DNA of 63,132 nt, the filler included, from Sphaerodactylus townsendi (lineage: Eukaryota): assembly GCF_021028975.2 (NCBI RefSeq). It is 5 parts of 5 records of this genome, joined end to end, with 100 filler letters (N's around TTAATTAATTAA, not from the genome) between each part and the next. Parts side by side here need not be neighbours in the genome. Positions count along the whole stretch, not along the records: positions 34,239 to 40,028 come from NC_059426.1; positions 40,129 to 54,115 come from NC_059429.1; 3 more parts are not named here. One strand, given 5' to 3'. Made by a program: the position numbers and the translations under genes. Positions 37,865 to 51,200 of the stretch are shown piece after piece. The notes beneath the pieces were generated by a model. It had not been told where the DNA came from and did no database searches. It worked only from the letters and a program-made list of their open reading frames with translations. Numbering within the stretch: position 1 is the first letter of the stretch; each line of letters begins with the position of its first letter.

Positions 37865-38096
37865 CCCTGTTTCCCCGAATATAAGACATCCCCTAAAAAT
37901 AAGACATAGTAGAGATTTTGCTGAAGTGCGAAAAATCAGGCATCCCCCAAACGTAAGACATAGCAAAGTTTTTGCTTGGAAGCATGCCCGACGAACAGAA
38001 CACAGAAAAAGAAGACATCCCCTGAAAATAAGACATGGCACATCTTTGGGAGCAAAAATTAATATAAGACACTGTCTTATATTCAGGGAAACACGG
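37865..38096. mobile_element. Tc1/mariner (Tigger/pogo-like) MITE
   Basis: TIRs and TA TSD; same family as 7759-7991. Confidence 0.8.
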
Positions 38097-38231
38097 TAAG
38101 TAAAATGTAATTGTTTAAATGGGATTTAGGCTCAAATGGTTCCGGTTACAAGATAGCATTAAAGTTGGCCATTAAAGTGTTGAATGTTTGCATCAACTGA
38201 ATGATAGCCAGTCCAGCTGAAACGAGCGAAG

Positions 38232-38530
38232 AAGCGTGGTGTAGTGGCTATGAGCACGTACACTCTAATCTGGAAGAACCGGGTTTGATCCCCTACTCTG
38301 CCACTCTCAAGATGTGGAGGCTTATCTGGTGAACTAGATTAGCTTGTGCACTCCAACCCACGCCAGCTGGGTGACCTTGGGCTAGTCACAGTTCTTCGGA
38401 GCTCTCTCAGCCCCACCCACCTCACAGGGTGCTTGTTGTTGGGGGGAGGGGAGGGATAGGAGATTGAAAGCCCCTTTGAGTCTCCTTACAGGAGAGAAAG
38501 GGGGGATATAAATCCAAACTCCTCCTCTTC
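38232..38530 (+). mobile_element. Squam3-type SINE (more diverged)
   Basis: Family sequence. Confidence 0.8.
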
Positions 38531-38978
38531 TATCCTGAGACCTGCAGGCCAACCGGGCTGAGGTCTGCCAGTCATCCCAGAGGAGGGAGCCACAGAGGGG
38601 CTTCTTATGATCCCCTTTCAGAAGGGATCGTTCAGGCAACATGGCCTCAAAAAGGGATGTAAACACAGCTGTACCTGTGGGGCGGAGGCTCCTGTGGTTT
38701 GTTCTGCAAGCAAGCTCAGTTGAAATCAGAAGGGCTCGCATTCTGATTTGTCGTCCCTCCCAACCCCCCCGATAATCAATTATATAAAAATGTTCCTAGT
38801 TGGAAGTATGAAATGAAATGAAATAGACGCTTGGCGGGGTTACCTTAAAGTCGAAGGTCTGGACAAAATGACACACAATTCCCCCTTCCCCCCACAACGG
38901 CCTCCTCCTTCCACCACACAGAGGTTGCCCCCGTCTGATCTTCAAGTATAATCAATGATTTATAAGAGGTGCCTTAGC

Positions 38979-39686
38979 AGACCAGGTGTTCGGGAGCAGC
39001 AGCAGCAGCAGAAGGCCCTTGCTTTCACATCCTGCACGTGAGCTCCCAAGGGCACCTGGTGGGCCACTGCAAGTAGCAGAGAGCTGGACTAGATGGACTC
39101 TGGTCTGATCCAGCAGGCTAGTTCTTATGTTCTTATGCTCTCTAGGTTAGGAGAGACCTAGACCAGGTGCTCAGGAGCAGCAGCAGCAGCGAAGGCCATT
39201 GCTTTCACATCCTGCATGTGAGCTCCCAAGGGCACCTGGTGGGCCACTGCAAGTAGCAGAGAGCTGGACTACATGGACTCTGGTCTGATCCAGCAGGCTA
39301 GTTCTTATGTTCTTATGCTCTCTAGGTTAGGAGAGACCTAGACCAGGTGCTCAGAAGCAGCAGCAGCAGCAGCAGGCCATTGCTTTCACATCCTGCATGT
39401 GAGCTCCCAAAGGCATCTGGTGGGCCACTGCGAGTAGCAGAGAGCTGGACTAGATGGACTCTGGTCTGATCCAGCTGGCTTGTTCTTATGTTCTTATGTT
39501 CTCTAGGTTAGGAGAGACCTAGACCAGGTGCTCAGGAGCAGCAGCAGCAGCAGAAGGCCATTGCTTTCACATCTGCACGTGAGCTCCCAAGGGCACCTGG
39601 TGGACCACTGCGAGTAGCAGAGAGCTGGATTAGGTGGACTCTGGTCTGATCCAGCAGGTTCGTTCTTATGTTCTTACGTTCTTATG
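38979..39686 (+). repeat. Tandem array of four about 181-bp CR1 3'-end units
   Basis: Units start 38979, 39160, 39340, 39521; each ends in TTCTTATG repeats, the first three followed by linker TCTCTAGGTTAGGAGAGACCT. Confidence 0.9.
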
Positions 39687-40439
39687 TATAAGTAGCAGGA
39701 GAACAACAGTTTACATTTGTAAAGTATATTTTAACATATCCTGCTTATGCAATGTTGTGTGTGTAACATGCTGCCAAGAGCAAATGGTGGGTTTGTCGTC
39801 ATCTTCCTCTGCAGAGACCTTCCCTAATGGTCTCCCTTCCACGTACCGACCCTTCTTCGTTTCCAAGAGCTGATGAGATTGGGCTATGCAGCGTCGCCCC
39901 ACTCGACTCATAAGCAATGTTACTATACCGACATTTTGTACCGTTGCATGTTTGTGAAATGGGTGGGTTATAAAACAGGGCATTTTTCTTCATTCTCCCC
40001 AAACCTGAGCTCTGTCACTTCAGAGAGCNNNNNNNNNNNNNNNNNNNNNNNNNNNNNNNNNNNNNNNNNNNNTTAATTAATTAANNNNNNNNNNNNNNNN
40101 NNNNNNNNNNNNNNNNNNNNNNNNNNNNGGGGGGGGGGGGCGGCGGGGGCGGCGGGGGGGGGGGGGGGTGTTCAACCAAAAAAGCCTTTTATTTCTGCTC
40201 TATGGAATTCCTTACAATTCTTCAATAGAATCTGTACCAAAGACTCGTTACAACAGATATATATCTAGAAATGGAGATGGCTGCTCTCAGAAATGTGGAA
40301 TGATGCCCATTCCACAGTTCTCCCTTTAGTTTCCAGAATTTAATAGAATTATTTGCATCCTCAGCCAAATACTTAATGTTCTAACTAAACTGTGTAACCA
40401 AAAAGTGGTTTGGTAAATGTGTGTTAAAGGTGTAACTAA

Positions 40440-40569
40440 GGCTCATTCCGCACACGCAGAATAATGCACTTTCAAGCTGCTTTCAGGGCTCTTTGAAGCT
40501 GTGCGGAATGGCAAAAACAGTTGTGAAAGCAGCTTGAAAGTGCATTATTTTGCGTGTGCGGAATGAGCC
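40440..40569. mobile_element. PIF/Harbinger-type palindromic MITE
   Basis: TIRs GGCTCATTCCGCACACGCA / TGCGTGTGCGGAATGAGCC; TAA TSD. Confidence 0.8.
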
Positions 40570-43151
40570 TAAGATACTTAAAGCAGCTTGGAAACATCTA
40601 AAAACATTTTCAACAAGCGGCTATTAACTGAGGTGCTATAAATTCCACATTAATTTGACTCACAGAAGGGGTTATGTTAGTTCCTCAATATGCAGTACTG
40701 AAAGGAAAGATCATTGAAGTCAGTTTTGCTCCTATCTGGCATGATGCAGACAAGGAGAACATGGTCTGAAATACCAACTCCCTTATACCTTGTTTTTTTA
40801 ACATCTATCCTCTTTGTGTCAATAAATTATGTATGAATTGGTTTTGTAGTTTGATTTGGACCAGCAAACTACCTACAATCTCTGACAGGCAGATATATTT
40901 TACCAACTTTTTCTCTCTGGAGTGACAAGATTTTGAAGAAAAAGTTCAGTAGAAGAGTTCACCCAACAAAGAAATGAGCTTTTCTCAGTTGACCAGGCCA
41001 AGGAGACAGCACGGTTTTAGGTGAGATTCTCTCTCTGTAGTCTGCTTCAGTGCAAGATCTTTTGGTCAGATTACAGGATGTTTAAAAACTCCCCTAGTGA
41101 TAATCACAATTTTGAAGTAGGGTTTTTACTAACATCTGGAACTGAAAGTCTTTACTTTTTTTTGGTTTTTAAAATTGAAAGAAGTTTACTTTGTCTTTTA
41201 AAGACCTTATTCCAACAGCAATGCCTGGGATAAAATTCTGAAAGGAAGAGGTTGTTTTAACCTTTTGTAAACTTATCTCCAGCATATCCTCAGTTTTGTA
41301 CAACTTTTCATGCTGGAGTCACCTCTGACCCATTTAACCTAAGTAAAACATCAAAACATAGAGTTGCATTGGGAAAGCAGCTTGAAAATAACTATCCAGT
41401 ACTAAAAGAGCACACCTAACAGACAATGTGAATTATGACTTAAATTGTTAATATTGCTGTTTTGATACTCTTACATCTCTAAACATTCAGGATGCACAAG
41501 AAGTACACTTTTTTTGGACTGAAGGAAATTAAACAAACTACTAATAGTTCAAGTAGCAGTTTAAAAATTAAGCCATGTCTACTTTCTTTTGCAGTGGTGC
41601 TCAGAACTATGTTTTGTGTCATTAAATGCTGCTGCTTCTGAGTTCCAAAACAACATTTGGGTGAGCATCAGGTTGTTGTTTTCCTTTTTCTGTGTGATAT
41701 TTCTGAGGGGCCCTTGGGCCTACAAGCCTAGATAAAAATATGGTTTCACTTATCCCACACTTGTTCCAGTGCGGGCTTGCTAACAAAGGCACACTTGATT
41801 GTGTTCCTGGGCTTGTTAACTGAGATACAGTTAGGAAAGAAGATACAGTCTTATTTTGTTTGTCTGGCAAAACCATGTTTGCTATTCTTAGCAAACTAAA
41901 TCTGTAAAGATAGGAGGAGGGAAGGAAGAATACATTAGTTCCTGGTCATGTTAACTGTAATGGCCTGTAAACAATAGATCTGCTTGCAAATCATGACGTC
42001 TTCTCCCAGGATGATCTAGGGCCAATGAACCATGCTCTCTAGGTAACGATGCAAACTTTGAACTAAACACACTAAACTTTGAACTAAACAAACTAAAGCT
42101 TTCATTAGTGATCTGCACTCAGACTATTGAAAAGGCATCATAACAAGGGCCCTTTGCAGAAGGGGCTCCTTTGATTACAAACTATTATGTAAATATTAAG
42201 ACAAATTCTAGTAGTCTTGCACAGGGAACTGTCTTATAGTCAAATTTCATGTGTCTGGATCTGCTACTAGAAAACTGACACATTCCCCAAAAGGGGTTAC
42301 CAACAGATAATTTGGTGTGAATATATGTTCAGCTTTGTGTTATGGTATGTAAAAGGTACAATCATTACTGAAAGAAGTCATTATTTGCTGCATTTAGAGC
42401 AATAGAAAATGGATAAAAGACAGCTGGAAAAAGGGACAACTTTCCATTCTATTCTCAGGGTGAGAATAACTGGTCTCTTGCAGGATAAATGACAACTGAA
42501 AAGGCTTAATTTGTGGGGCAATTTTGAAGGCATTTACTATCGTCCGATTCCCAAAGGAATCTCCAAACCTCAAAAGAATTTGCATGGGTTTTCTTAATTC
42601 TCGATTCCAGTGCTAGCCATTTCTGGAACATAGAACATGGATATCATGGCTTAAGGCCTCTGCATTTCAGTACTAAGATTGTTGTACAGCTAAGGCCAAT
42701 TTTACACACAATCTTCATCATGTCATCATCACAAAACTTCATTGCTGGGGTAAGTTCCTGTATTACACAAGTAATATGTAGAAGATCTGATTATGTACAT
42801 CATCCAGATTGCAGGCATACTTCCTACACCAGTATAAATAGAACTGATACAGGTGTAACTTTCTATGATTTAGGTAATCTTCTTGATCAGAACTTCAGTA
42901 CATATTATTGATATGATGGGAAGAACCAACCAGGGAAGCACATTTGTGGTAGCAACCACATCACAAAGGCCCAACAATTAGGCCCAATAATTGCATAATG
43001 TAATGTTCATTCTTGTAGCAGCCTAAATAGACCAGATTAGCCTGAGCTTGGAGCGAAGCAGGATTGATCATGATTAGTATTTGGATAGGAGACCACCAAA
43101 GAAAACTTGGGCTGTTATACAGAGGAAGGCAATGATAGATCAACAATGCTC

Positions 43152-43439
43152 AGCGTGGTGTAGTGGTTAAGAGCAGATGCACTCTAATCTGGAGTTTGGT
43201 TCTCCACTCTGCCACTTGAGCTGTGGAGGCTTATCTGGTGAATCAGATTAGCTTGTGCACTTCAACACATGCCAGCTGGGTGACCTTGAGCTAGTCACAG
43301 TTCTTCAGAGCTCTCTCAGTCCCACCTACCTCTTAGGGTGTTTGTTGTTGGGGGGGGGGGGAGGGAAAGGAGATTGTGAGCCCCTTTGAGACTCCTTATA
43401 GGAGAGAAAGGGGGGATATAAATCCAAACTCTTCTTCTT
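43152..43439 (+). mobile_element. Squam3-type SINE
   Basis: Family sequence. Confidence 0.8.
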
Positions 43440-43539
43440 TTACCTTAAAAATCACACGAAGGGGTTGCCATAAATTGGTTATGACTTGAAAGTACTTTAT
43501 TATTATTAAAGTTCATCCTTAAGAAATTGAAGTCAGTCT

Positions 43540-44739
43540 CTACTGCTTGTCCATATAGTTCTGTACTGCTTGCCAGAGAGCACGGATGTTTCTCTCACCA
43601 AAACCTATAGCCCCACTTCGTTCTATGAGCTCTAGGAAGAATGTGTCCTCTGCAAAGAGAGGTTTAGTGAATATCTGCATCAGGTATTGTTTACCATGGA
43701 CGCCTGGGCTGATGCTGCTGCTTTCCTCAGCTACTTCAGAATCCAGGAGAATGCCATAGTGTTCCAGAAGCTGAGGATCCTGCCCAACTTGCTGCATCTC
43801 TTTCGCCCTGTTGTTGTCACTGTAGTAGGTTATGGGTGGTTCTACAAAGCTTGCACCAGACTTTGCCATGGCTGCAGCAGTTCTTATGATATCTGATGTG
43901 TAGAGTGCCACATGTTGAATGCCAGCCCCTCCATGTTGCTCTAAGAAAGTATCTACCTGATTTTTTCTTTGCTGTGGCAATGACTCAGCCAGAACAAGCT
44001 TACAGTCATGATCTAACTGAGTCAAGCCGCTCCCACTGCAATGCATGGCAGTAAGACGGAGGCCCATGCCAGCTCCCCGGATACTATACCCTTCAGCAGC
44101 AGCATCTTGTTGGTGGACAAAGAAGCGCTGGAAACCAAAACATTTCTTGTACCAATCTAGTATTGCTTGAGAACTACCTGGGGTACAAGCATAGGTGATG
44201 TGGTCAAAATGTGTGACCTCCCTATCTCTTCTAAAGTCTTTAGAGGAACCCTCTACACCAAGAAAGCCAGGCAGGAAAAGCCCACAATACTGTGATCGGT
44301 CAAGCAGAGTGTGGCTGATATTGCCCAAAATGGATCTCACCACTGCATAAGTGACACAACCACCCTCATCTGCGACATTAGTAGGAGGGATAAGGATTTG
44401 GCAGCCTTGTTCCTGAAGGCTCTGGGAGACACCAGGTACGTTCTCCATCTCAAAGCAAATGTTGGAAGCTGTGCTGACTGCATGCTTCAGATCCACATCA
44501 TACAAAAACCTTTGATCCTTGCAGGGATCAGAAGAAAACTTCGGTGGGACTTCCCTGGCTGCCTTCAGCCTCTCATTGACAATAAAGACAGCAGCTCCTC
44601 TTCTCAGTGCCAGTTGCTTGCTCGATGCAGTCACTCGTGCAGCAAACAGTTCAAAGCCAAACTTTTGTACTAGGTTCTTGGCCAGTTGCTGCTTCTCAGG
44701 AACATGGAAACCAATGTAGCACAACTGCTTCACAGACAT
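43540..44739 (-). CDS. HPDL: 4-hydroxyphenylpyruvate dioxygenase-like protein (single coding exon, 399 aa)
   Basis: LCYIGFHVP...FDHITYAC...GAGIQHVAL...LMQIFTKPLFAEDTFFLELIERSGAIGFGERNIRALW with His/His/Glu iron ligands; ATG 44739 after a splice acceptor near 44791; AATAAA at 43501-43496. Confidence 0.95.
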   Translation of the reverse strand: MSVKQLCYIGFHVPEKQQLAKNLVQKFGFELFAARVTASSKQLALRRGAAVFIVNERLKAAREVPPKFSSDPCKDQRFLYDVDLKHAVSTASNICFEMENVPGVSQSLQEQGCQILIPPTNVADEGGCVTYAVVRSILGNISHTLLDRSQYCGLFLPGFLGVEGSSKDFRRDREVTHFDHITYACTPGSSQAILDWYKKCFGFQRFFVHQQDAAAEGYSIRGAGMGLRLTAMHCSGSGLTQLDHDCKLVLAESLPQQRKNQVDTFLEQHGGAGIQHVALYTSDIIRTAAAMAKSGASFVEPPITYYSDNNRAKEMQQVGQDPQLLEHYGILLDSEVAEESSSISPGVHGKQYLMQIFTKPLFAEDTFFLELIERSGAIGFGERNIRALWQAVQNYMDKQ

Positions 44740-47650
44740 AATGCAGTTGGAAGGGGTAGTGGGATGCAATACACAATTTTTCTGTCAGATCTACAGAAAA
44801 ATAAAAGAAAGCAAACTCCGTGGTTAGATGACAAGGTCAGATGGAGACTGCTGACATTCCAGGGAAAGTGTCCCAACTTTCATATGGGAAGTGTGAGAAA
44901 GGAAAAGCTCTATGGGACCTCCCCTTCTGATTCCATGTTATCAAAAAGCCAAAGGAAACTAGAACTGGTCTGTGAAACTGACCAATTGGCTAATTAAAAT
45001 ATTCACCTGCATAAATTAGCACCCTGTTCCCTAGGTTGTATGGGACAGGATCTAGCCAACTTATTATTTTATTTATTTTAAAATAAACTTAAATAAGCAG
45101 CCATCAATAACTTTCCTTAGATAAAAGACACTTTGTAGTCTTGGTTTCTCCATTCCTCTCTCCCATCTTAGACAGAGAACAGCGAGCAAAAGATTTAGCT
45201 AGTCCTAACAACTGGACAACACCAACTTAGACTAGGACATTATGGAGATGATATAGTCTTCTTTTCTCCTCCACACATTACACCTAGTTTGCATTTTGTA
45301 CAACATAATTGGGGAGGGAGCTCGTGGAACGAGTGCTGAAGGCTTTCTGGCGTTGCTATATTAACTCTGGTGGGTTCCAGAAATCACATTCCAGAAAGCG
45401 TGGTCACCACGTGGTCATCAGAAGCAGCCGCGTGGCTTCCATGCGCTCTTAGGTTCTGTATACAGCAAGCAAGCCTACTATTTCACGCTTCAGCTAGAAA
45501 CGCTCTGGCTTGTCCCCAGTCACTTTGCTTAAAGAAGGCTAAAGACACCGGGTTAATAATGAGCAATCCTTAAATGGGGCAGGGATGAGTAGCTCGTCGT
45601 TCCCAAGGCTGCTTTAACCAGTTTCCGGAATGTGCAGCAACAGATGTCAAGTCACATTCAGCAATGAATGAAATGCTGCTTTCGTTCCAGGATTTCCCGC
45701 ACACGTCAATCGCGTTAAACTACATTTCTAGTTCAAACCGGTTGTGCTAATCTGCTTGCTAAACTTGAATTCTTCCAAAAACTCCTAATCGGTCCTCTCC
45801 GACCTTTTCCCTCATCAGTCCTCAATTCCAGCCACTGAATAAACGCTGTTTTTGAAGGTCACTGCAATGCAGCAGGAGCTGATGGGAAATGTAGTCCGTG
45901 GACTGAGCATTACCTTCACACTTATTCTCTCTTTACTTCTGGGTCTACTCATCAGGAGCTGCCTGACAGTTTCCACCCTCACCCCCGTCCTTTCCCCCTT
46001 CACAACTTGCCTCAGGCCGTTTCCCTTTGTCTCGAATGTCTAATGCCGGCCGGTGCGGAAATCCTTATCATCTGCTGCAGCAAGCAGGGCGTAGAACTCC
46101 TCCTCCCGCCCCTGACTTGAATCTCAAGGAGGAGCTTCAAGGCATCCAGTCAGATATGCGGGGGAAGGAATATTTATCAAACTGTTCTTGAGGAACAGGA
46201 ACTATCGTTGTAAATAATGAGTTTAAATGTCAGATGAACATGCTGGAACTGGGCTCCTCGTGCTTCAAAGCAAAAAGATGAAAGGACATGCATGCACTCG
46301 TCAAAGCGGGCTCTGGTTTAGGAAAGCTATGCCATTATTCGTTACACAAGACAAGAGAGCTGATTATGTTGGTTGCGGCAGACTAGCGTACCTGTCCCTC
46401 TAGAATGGGTTTGATGAGTGCTAATACCGCTGTAGTTATAGTGTGAGGTATTTTTTTATCGTAAGAAAAACAACTCAGCACCGTTCCAATTCATGAAATG
46501 TATCTTAATAGCAGGACCTTATTGGAAGAGCCAGCAAGGTGCACTGCTTAAGAGCTCTGGATTCTAACCTAGAGAAGGGAGTTCAATTTCCCACTCCTCC
46601 CCATGGAGTCAGCAGGGTAACCTTGGACCAGTCACAGTTCTCTCAGAACTCTCAACCAATATGGAGGCAAGCAATAGCCAACCACCTCTAAATGTCTCTT
46701 GCCATGAAAACACTATGGGGTCACAATTTGTTAGGTGTTACTTGATGGCACTTTATACAGACATGGAACCTATTGAATACACACACACACACAATTATGC
46801 TAAAAATTCTAAGATCTCAAGAAGCACAGAAATAATCAGTACAAAAACATTCACCCATTCTGAGATTAGCAATACTGATCCATCCTGATTAGGAACCTTC
46901 CTGACCATTTGGGGATGCAGGAGCCTGAATCTTGCATACACTTACAAGACAGTGATTACATCTAAGGAGAGGATAGATGTGTAATGTGAACAGAGGGCCA
47001 GGGTGAGTCTTTAAAACTGCATGTTTTTTTCCTGATTTCATATTCTATCCTCTCAATACTCAGCATTTACCATTTCTCCTATGACAGCAATGCACTTTAT
47101 TAATTAACTGACTAATTCACATCTATGTTTGTTCCCATTTGCTTCCTTTGACTGTTGGGTTTATTCATTTCAGTGTAGCTTTAATTGTAGCTGTTTGGCT
47201 CCAATGAATATGCTCCTCTTGAATGGCTATTAGTTTCTACTGAAAGCTTGTTTTTCTGTGCAGGGGTTCTGCCCTATGACAGAAGGGCGGTCAGTCATCA
47301 CATTACAGAAACATCTCATACAATGATTAGTTTCAAGGTCATGTACAGCCAGTGCCTCAGCTAGCGTTAACATAAAAAGTAACCAATTACTTTTGAATTA
47401 GATGATCTGACTGTGGCCTGATTAAGATTTGCTGCTCTGTACTTTGGGGTTGCTTCCATACTAGCTGTTTAATCTGCAATTGTCATAGTTCATTCACTGA
47501 GTTTTAACAAAGAACTCAGACAACACAATTAATAGCTCTGCAAAACTAATGAACAAGTTGGAAATTGCTTTTAAAAGCAGAACTATTTCCTCTGGATAAA
47601 TATTTAGAGGAGTAGGATTTTTAAAATACCCTGCTTTTCCCTCTCTTGCA

Positions 47651-47846
47651 GGAGCCCCGTGGTGCAGAGTGGTAAACTGCAGTACTGCAGTCAATGCTCT
47701 GCTCATGACCTGAGTTTGATTCCTAAGAGAAGTCATGTTCAGGTAGCTGGCTCAAGCTTGACTCACCCTTCAGTCCTCCTGAGGTTGGTCAAATGAGTAC
47801 CCAGCTTGCTGGGGGTAAAGTGCAGACAACTGGGAGGGCAATGGCA
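47651..47846 (+). mobile_element. Sauria SINE fragment
   Basis: GGAGCCCCGTGGTGCAGAGTGGTAAA...GAGGTTGGTCAAATGAGTACCCAGCTTGCTGGGGG. Confidence 0.7.
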
Positions 47847-48015
47847 TTCCCCCCCTCCCCCATTTCACACAGACCAGACCCAAAGAGTTGCTACTGGATA
47901 CAAGTAATCATCAGTATGGGATCCCACAGGGCACAATCCTGTCCCCCATGCTGTTCAATCTTTATGTGAAGTCCTTGGATCAAACATAATCTGTCTATTA
48001 AATGTCATGAAATGA

Positions 48016-48220
48016 AACACCCTGTGAGGTGGGTGGGGCTGAGAGAGCTTGGAAAAGCTGTGACTAGCCCAAGGTCACCCAGCTGGCGTGTGTGGGAGTG
48101 TACAGGCTAATCTGAATTCCCCAGATAAGCCTTCACAACTCAAGCGGCAGAGCTGGGAATCAAACCCGGTTCCTCCAGATCAGAGTGCACCTGCTCTTAG
48201 CCACTACGCCACTGCTGCTC
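48016..48220 (-). mobile_element. Squam3-type SINE, tail missing
   Basis: Family sequence. Confidence 0.8.
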
Positions 48221-51200
48221 ACTATGTTCAATAAAACATCAACATAAAACTCGCATATATATTTGTTAATAGCAACAATATTAGCCTTAAAGACTTAAGA
48301 GTTAAAAATGGTGCCCAGTAGTGGTCCCTCATTTTAATTTAGATGGGTTCAATGAAGAAATCATTTTCAATCAGGATGGGATTAATCCTGAAAGGAATAA
48401 TGGAGAAACCTAAGAGACAACAAGGAAGCATGAGGTCTAACTTGGATCCTTCAGAAAGGATTGGGGAAGGAACCACAATGGGAAAGGGAAGATGAGAACA
48501 AGGAAAAAGAAGAAAAGAAGGACAGGAGAGAAAGAGAAGGAGGAGAAAAAGGGAGAGGTAGGGGGGAAGAAAAGGGGAAGGGAAGAGAATAGAAGAAGAA
48601 AGAAGGGATACCAGCTGATAAAGGCAGTCTCTGTTCTCAACCTTAGGCCTGGTGGAACATTTCCATCTTACAGGCCCTGTGGAATTGAACAGGACCTGTA
48701 AGATGGGATGAGATAGGGGTGCTCATCCCCTCCTCCTCCCTATGCTGGCTTCCACCAGCCAGGATGGACACAGATCAAGGATGCAAATGATACAACATTA
48801 AGAAGAAGAAGTTCAGAAGTGTTAGACCTCTACTTTCAACTTTCCTTTCAACTGGGCAATGCAAATGTGCCCTGGTAGTGGAAGTAGCCTGACAAAGATA
48901 ATCCCACATTTACTTTAAGGATAAACAGTTTATTGTTCAATCTGTTCCTTCGATCATTTTGAAGATAAAAGTTTAGGAAGTTCATGCCAGAACAGGAGAC
49001 ACTAAGAAATTCCAACTTCCATACATTTAATATTTAAATATCTTATCATGCACAGCTGATCTTGGTTGTTGCAGCTGCTATTGTCTTTTGTCGGTACCTG
49101 AAGGAAAACTAGCAGCATGCCAACAATTGAAGAAATGCAAGTTGAATGTAAGAACATGGTACACCTCTGGAACTTGCTTCTCAATGTACTTGCTTCTTGT
49201 TGCTGCTTGATGGGTCTTGCTCAGTACTGCACCACTTGGATGTAACTGGAAACTGTCAGGCAGCTTGCTAGTGCTCTGGAGGGGAACAATGTTTTCCTAG
49301 TACTGAAAGATATCTCTTCACCACTACACTTGCTCTCCCTGAGTAAACAAGTACTGTTGGGTGATTGGCAGTGATAAGCACCAAGCATCTTGCTAAGCGA
49401 TGCTTCAGGGACATCTGAGTGGGTAACTGCCAGTTCAACACCCCACCCCTATCTCACCCCTTTTGGGTGGAGAGAATTGGAATGGGAGATAAAGCATGCT
49501 GGGGCCAGCCTACGGACAGAAATCCTACCTAGATGGTAGAAATCATCGTTCTTTAAAAGGATGGCATAGAACAACAGCTGGAGTCACCAAGGAAAAGGTA
49601 TATTATCACCTTAATAGGAATTCTATGTGTGAATTAACTGGGGAGGGTGCCATCTGGGTCAGATTCTGTCAGTGGTCAAGTTATCTAGCTGTGAGATTTG
49701 TCACAAGGGAGTAAGAGATAAAAGAGATAAAAGAGAAGGGGGAAGGATGTTAGAAATCTCTATATCTCCTTGGTTAAAGTCCTACTGGTTTCCTGAGGCA
49801 TAAGACCAATAAGGTTTGATAGGAATGGCCTTAGGTTTGGGTTTGCCAGCTGCTTGGAGAAGAAAATGTCCTGTCCTTTTAACAGAGGCTGAATAAGACA
49901 TAATTTATCAGGTGATGTTACTCACCTCCATGGTATGAAAAGCTTTGGCTGTCCATTTACACCGAATAAGCCTCTATTAAGTACACAGGATCTTTATTAC
50001 CAGATCTGTTGGTAAACCTAATTAGTTTACATGAATGAGAATGCAGACAGTTTTGATACAAAGAAGAACCTATTGTATCTCTTTAATCAAAACCTCAGTG
50101 CTGATTCCCACAGCCTAAGACTCAGGACTTTAGAGACATAGTAAGGCGAGGTGTTTGTGTGAAGGAGACGCAGATGCTGAGTTAGAGGTAGAAATTACAA
50201 ACAATCCATGTCGTAGGGTTGTCAGGTCCCTCTTTGCCACTGGTTGGGATGGGGTTACCAGTTACAGGCTGGGAAATGCCTAGAGATTTGAACATGAAAC
50301 CTGGGGAGAACAGGGATGATGTTTCATCTGCTTGCTCTTCACAGATATAGCCCTGGGCATCTAGAATAGAACTCCTTATGAAATCCATCTTCTTCTGATA
50401 ATTTTTGCCTTAGTTTGAGGGTGTTAAATAATGGTGTAGAATTTTCCAGATATGCAAGATGCAGGTAACATCAAAGAGAGGAAAATGGGCAGTGCTTTAT
50501 GAAAGAGGAAATGAAATCTAAGGACTGTCATAGTGGAGAAAAGATAGTGGCAGTTCCTTACTAGGATTACATGAGGGAATGAAGAGGGTGGTATTGTGTA
50601 CTTCCCACCAATTCTTCATAAAGAGTTTCACTTGCAGATACAATGCAGAAAGTTTTGCTTCTATGGTGATTATTGAATTTACATTTGATTTCTTAGATCC
50701 ACTTGCAAAGTTTACAGTTTTGACATGCACTGCAGACAATGTTGATTTTATCATGTGAAAATTGTTTTGGGGTCTATTTTGGACAAATATGTACCATTAG
50801 TACAATTAGCCTCTGTGTACTACAGGTGCAAAAATGCCCAAATAGGTTTTTCCATACATTATGGCATTAACTGTTCGGATATGGATTTCCTACCCTGTCA
50901 TGTCTGAAACAAGCCTATGAAAAAGTTAATCCAGAATGATTTTTCAAGACAATATGAAAATTGAAATCAGCCTTTTCAGGGATATGTTAAAGTGGGCAAC
51001 ACTTATACAGAAATGCATGGTGGCTCCAATTCTGGCATAGTTTTACCCAAATATTCCTCACACAGCTACATATTTTAATACCTATGCAGTAACAATAAGC
51101 TTGAATCCAGGCTCATTTAAATTCGTTTCCAGAGTGTAATCCAAGATCCTTTTCTTTCTCAAGGTAATGTGAACATGAAACTGTGTGTTTTGTGTTCGCA

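Noticed and set aside
38979-39686. CRISPR-like array
   Set aside because: Vertebrate DNA; units are CR1 tails and the spacer is invariant.
39969-40028. Possible terminal exon ending ...GENEEKCPVL* on - strand
   Set aside because: Cut by the linker, too short to identify.
49002-49430. Candidate minus-strand exons between HPDL and SELENOP2
   Set aside because: Plausible acceptor near 49098 but no homology or convincing frame.
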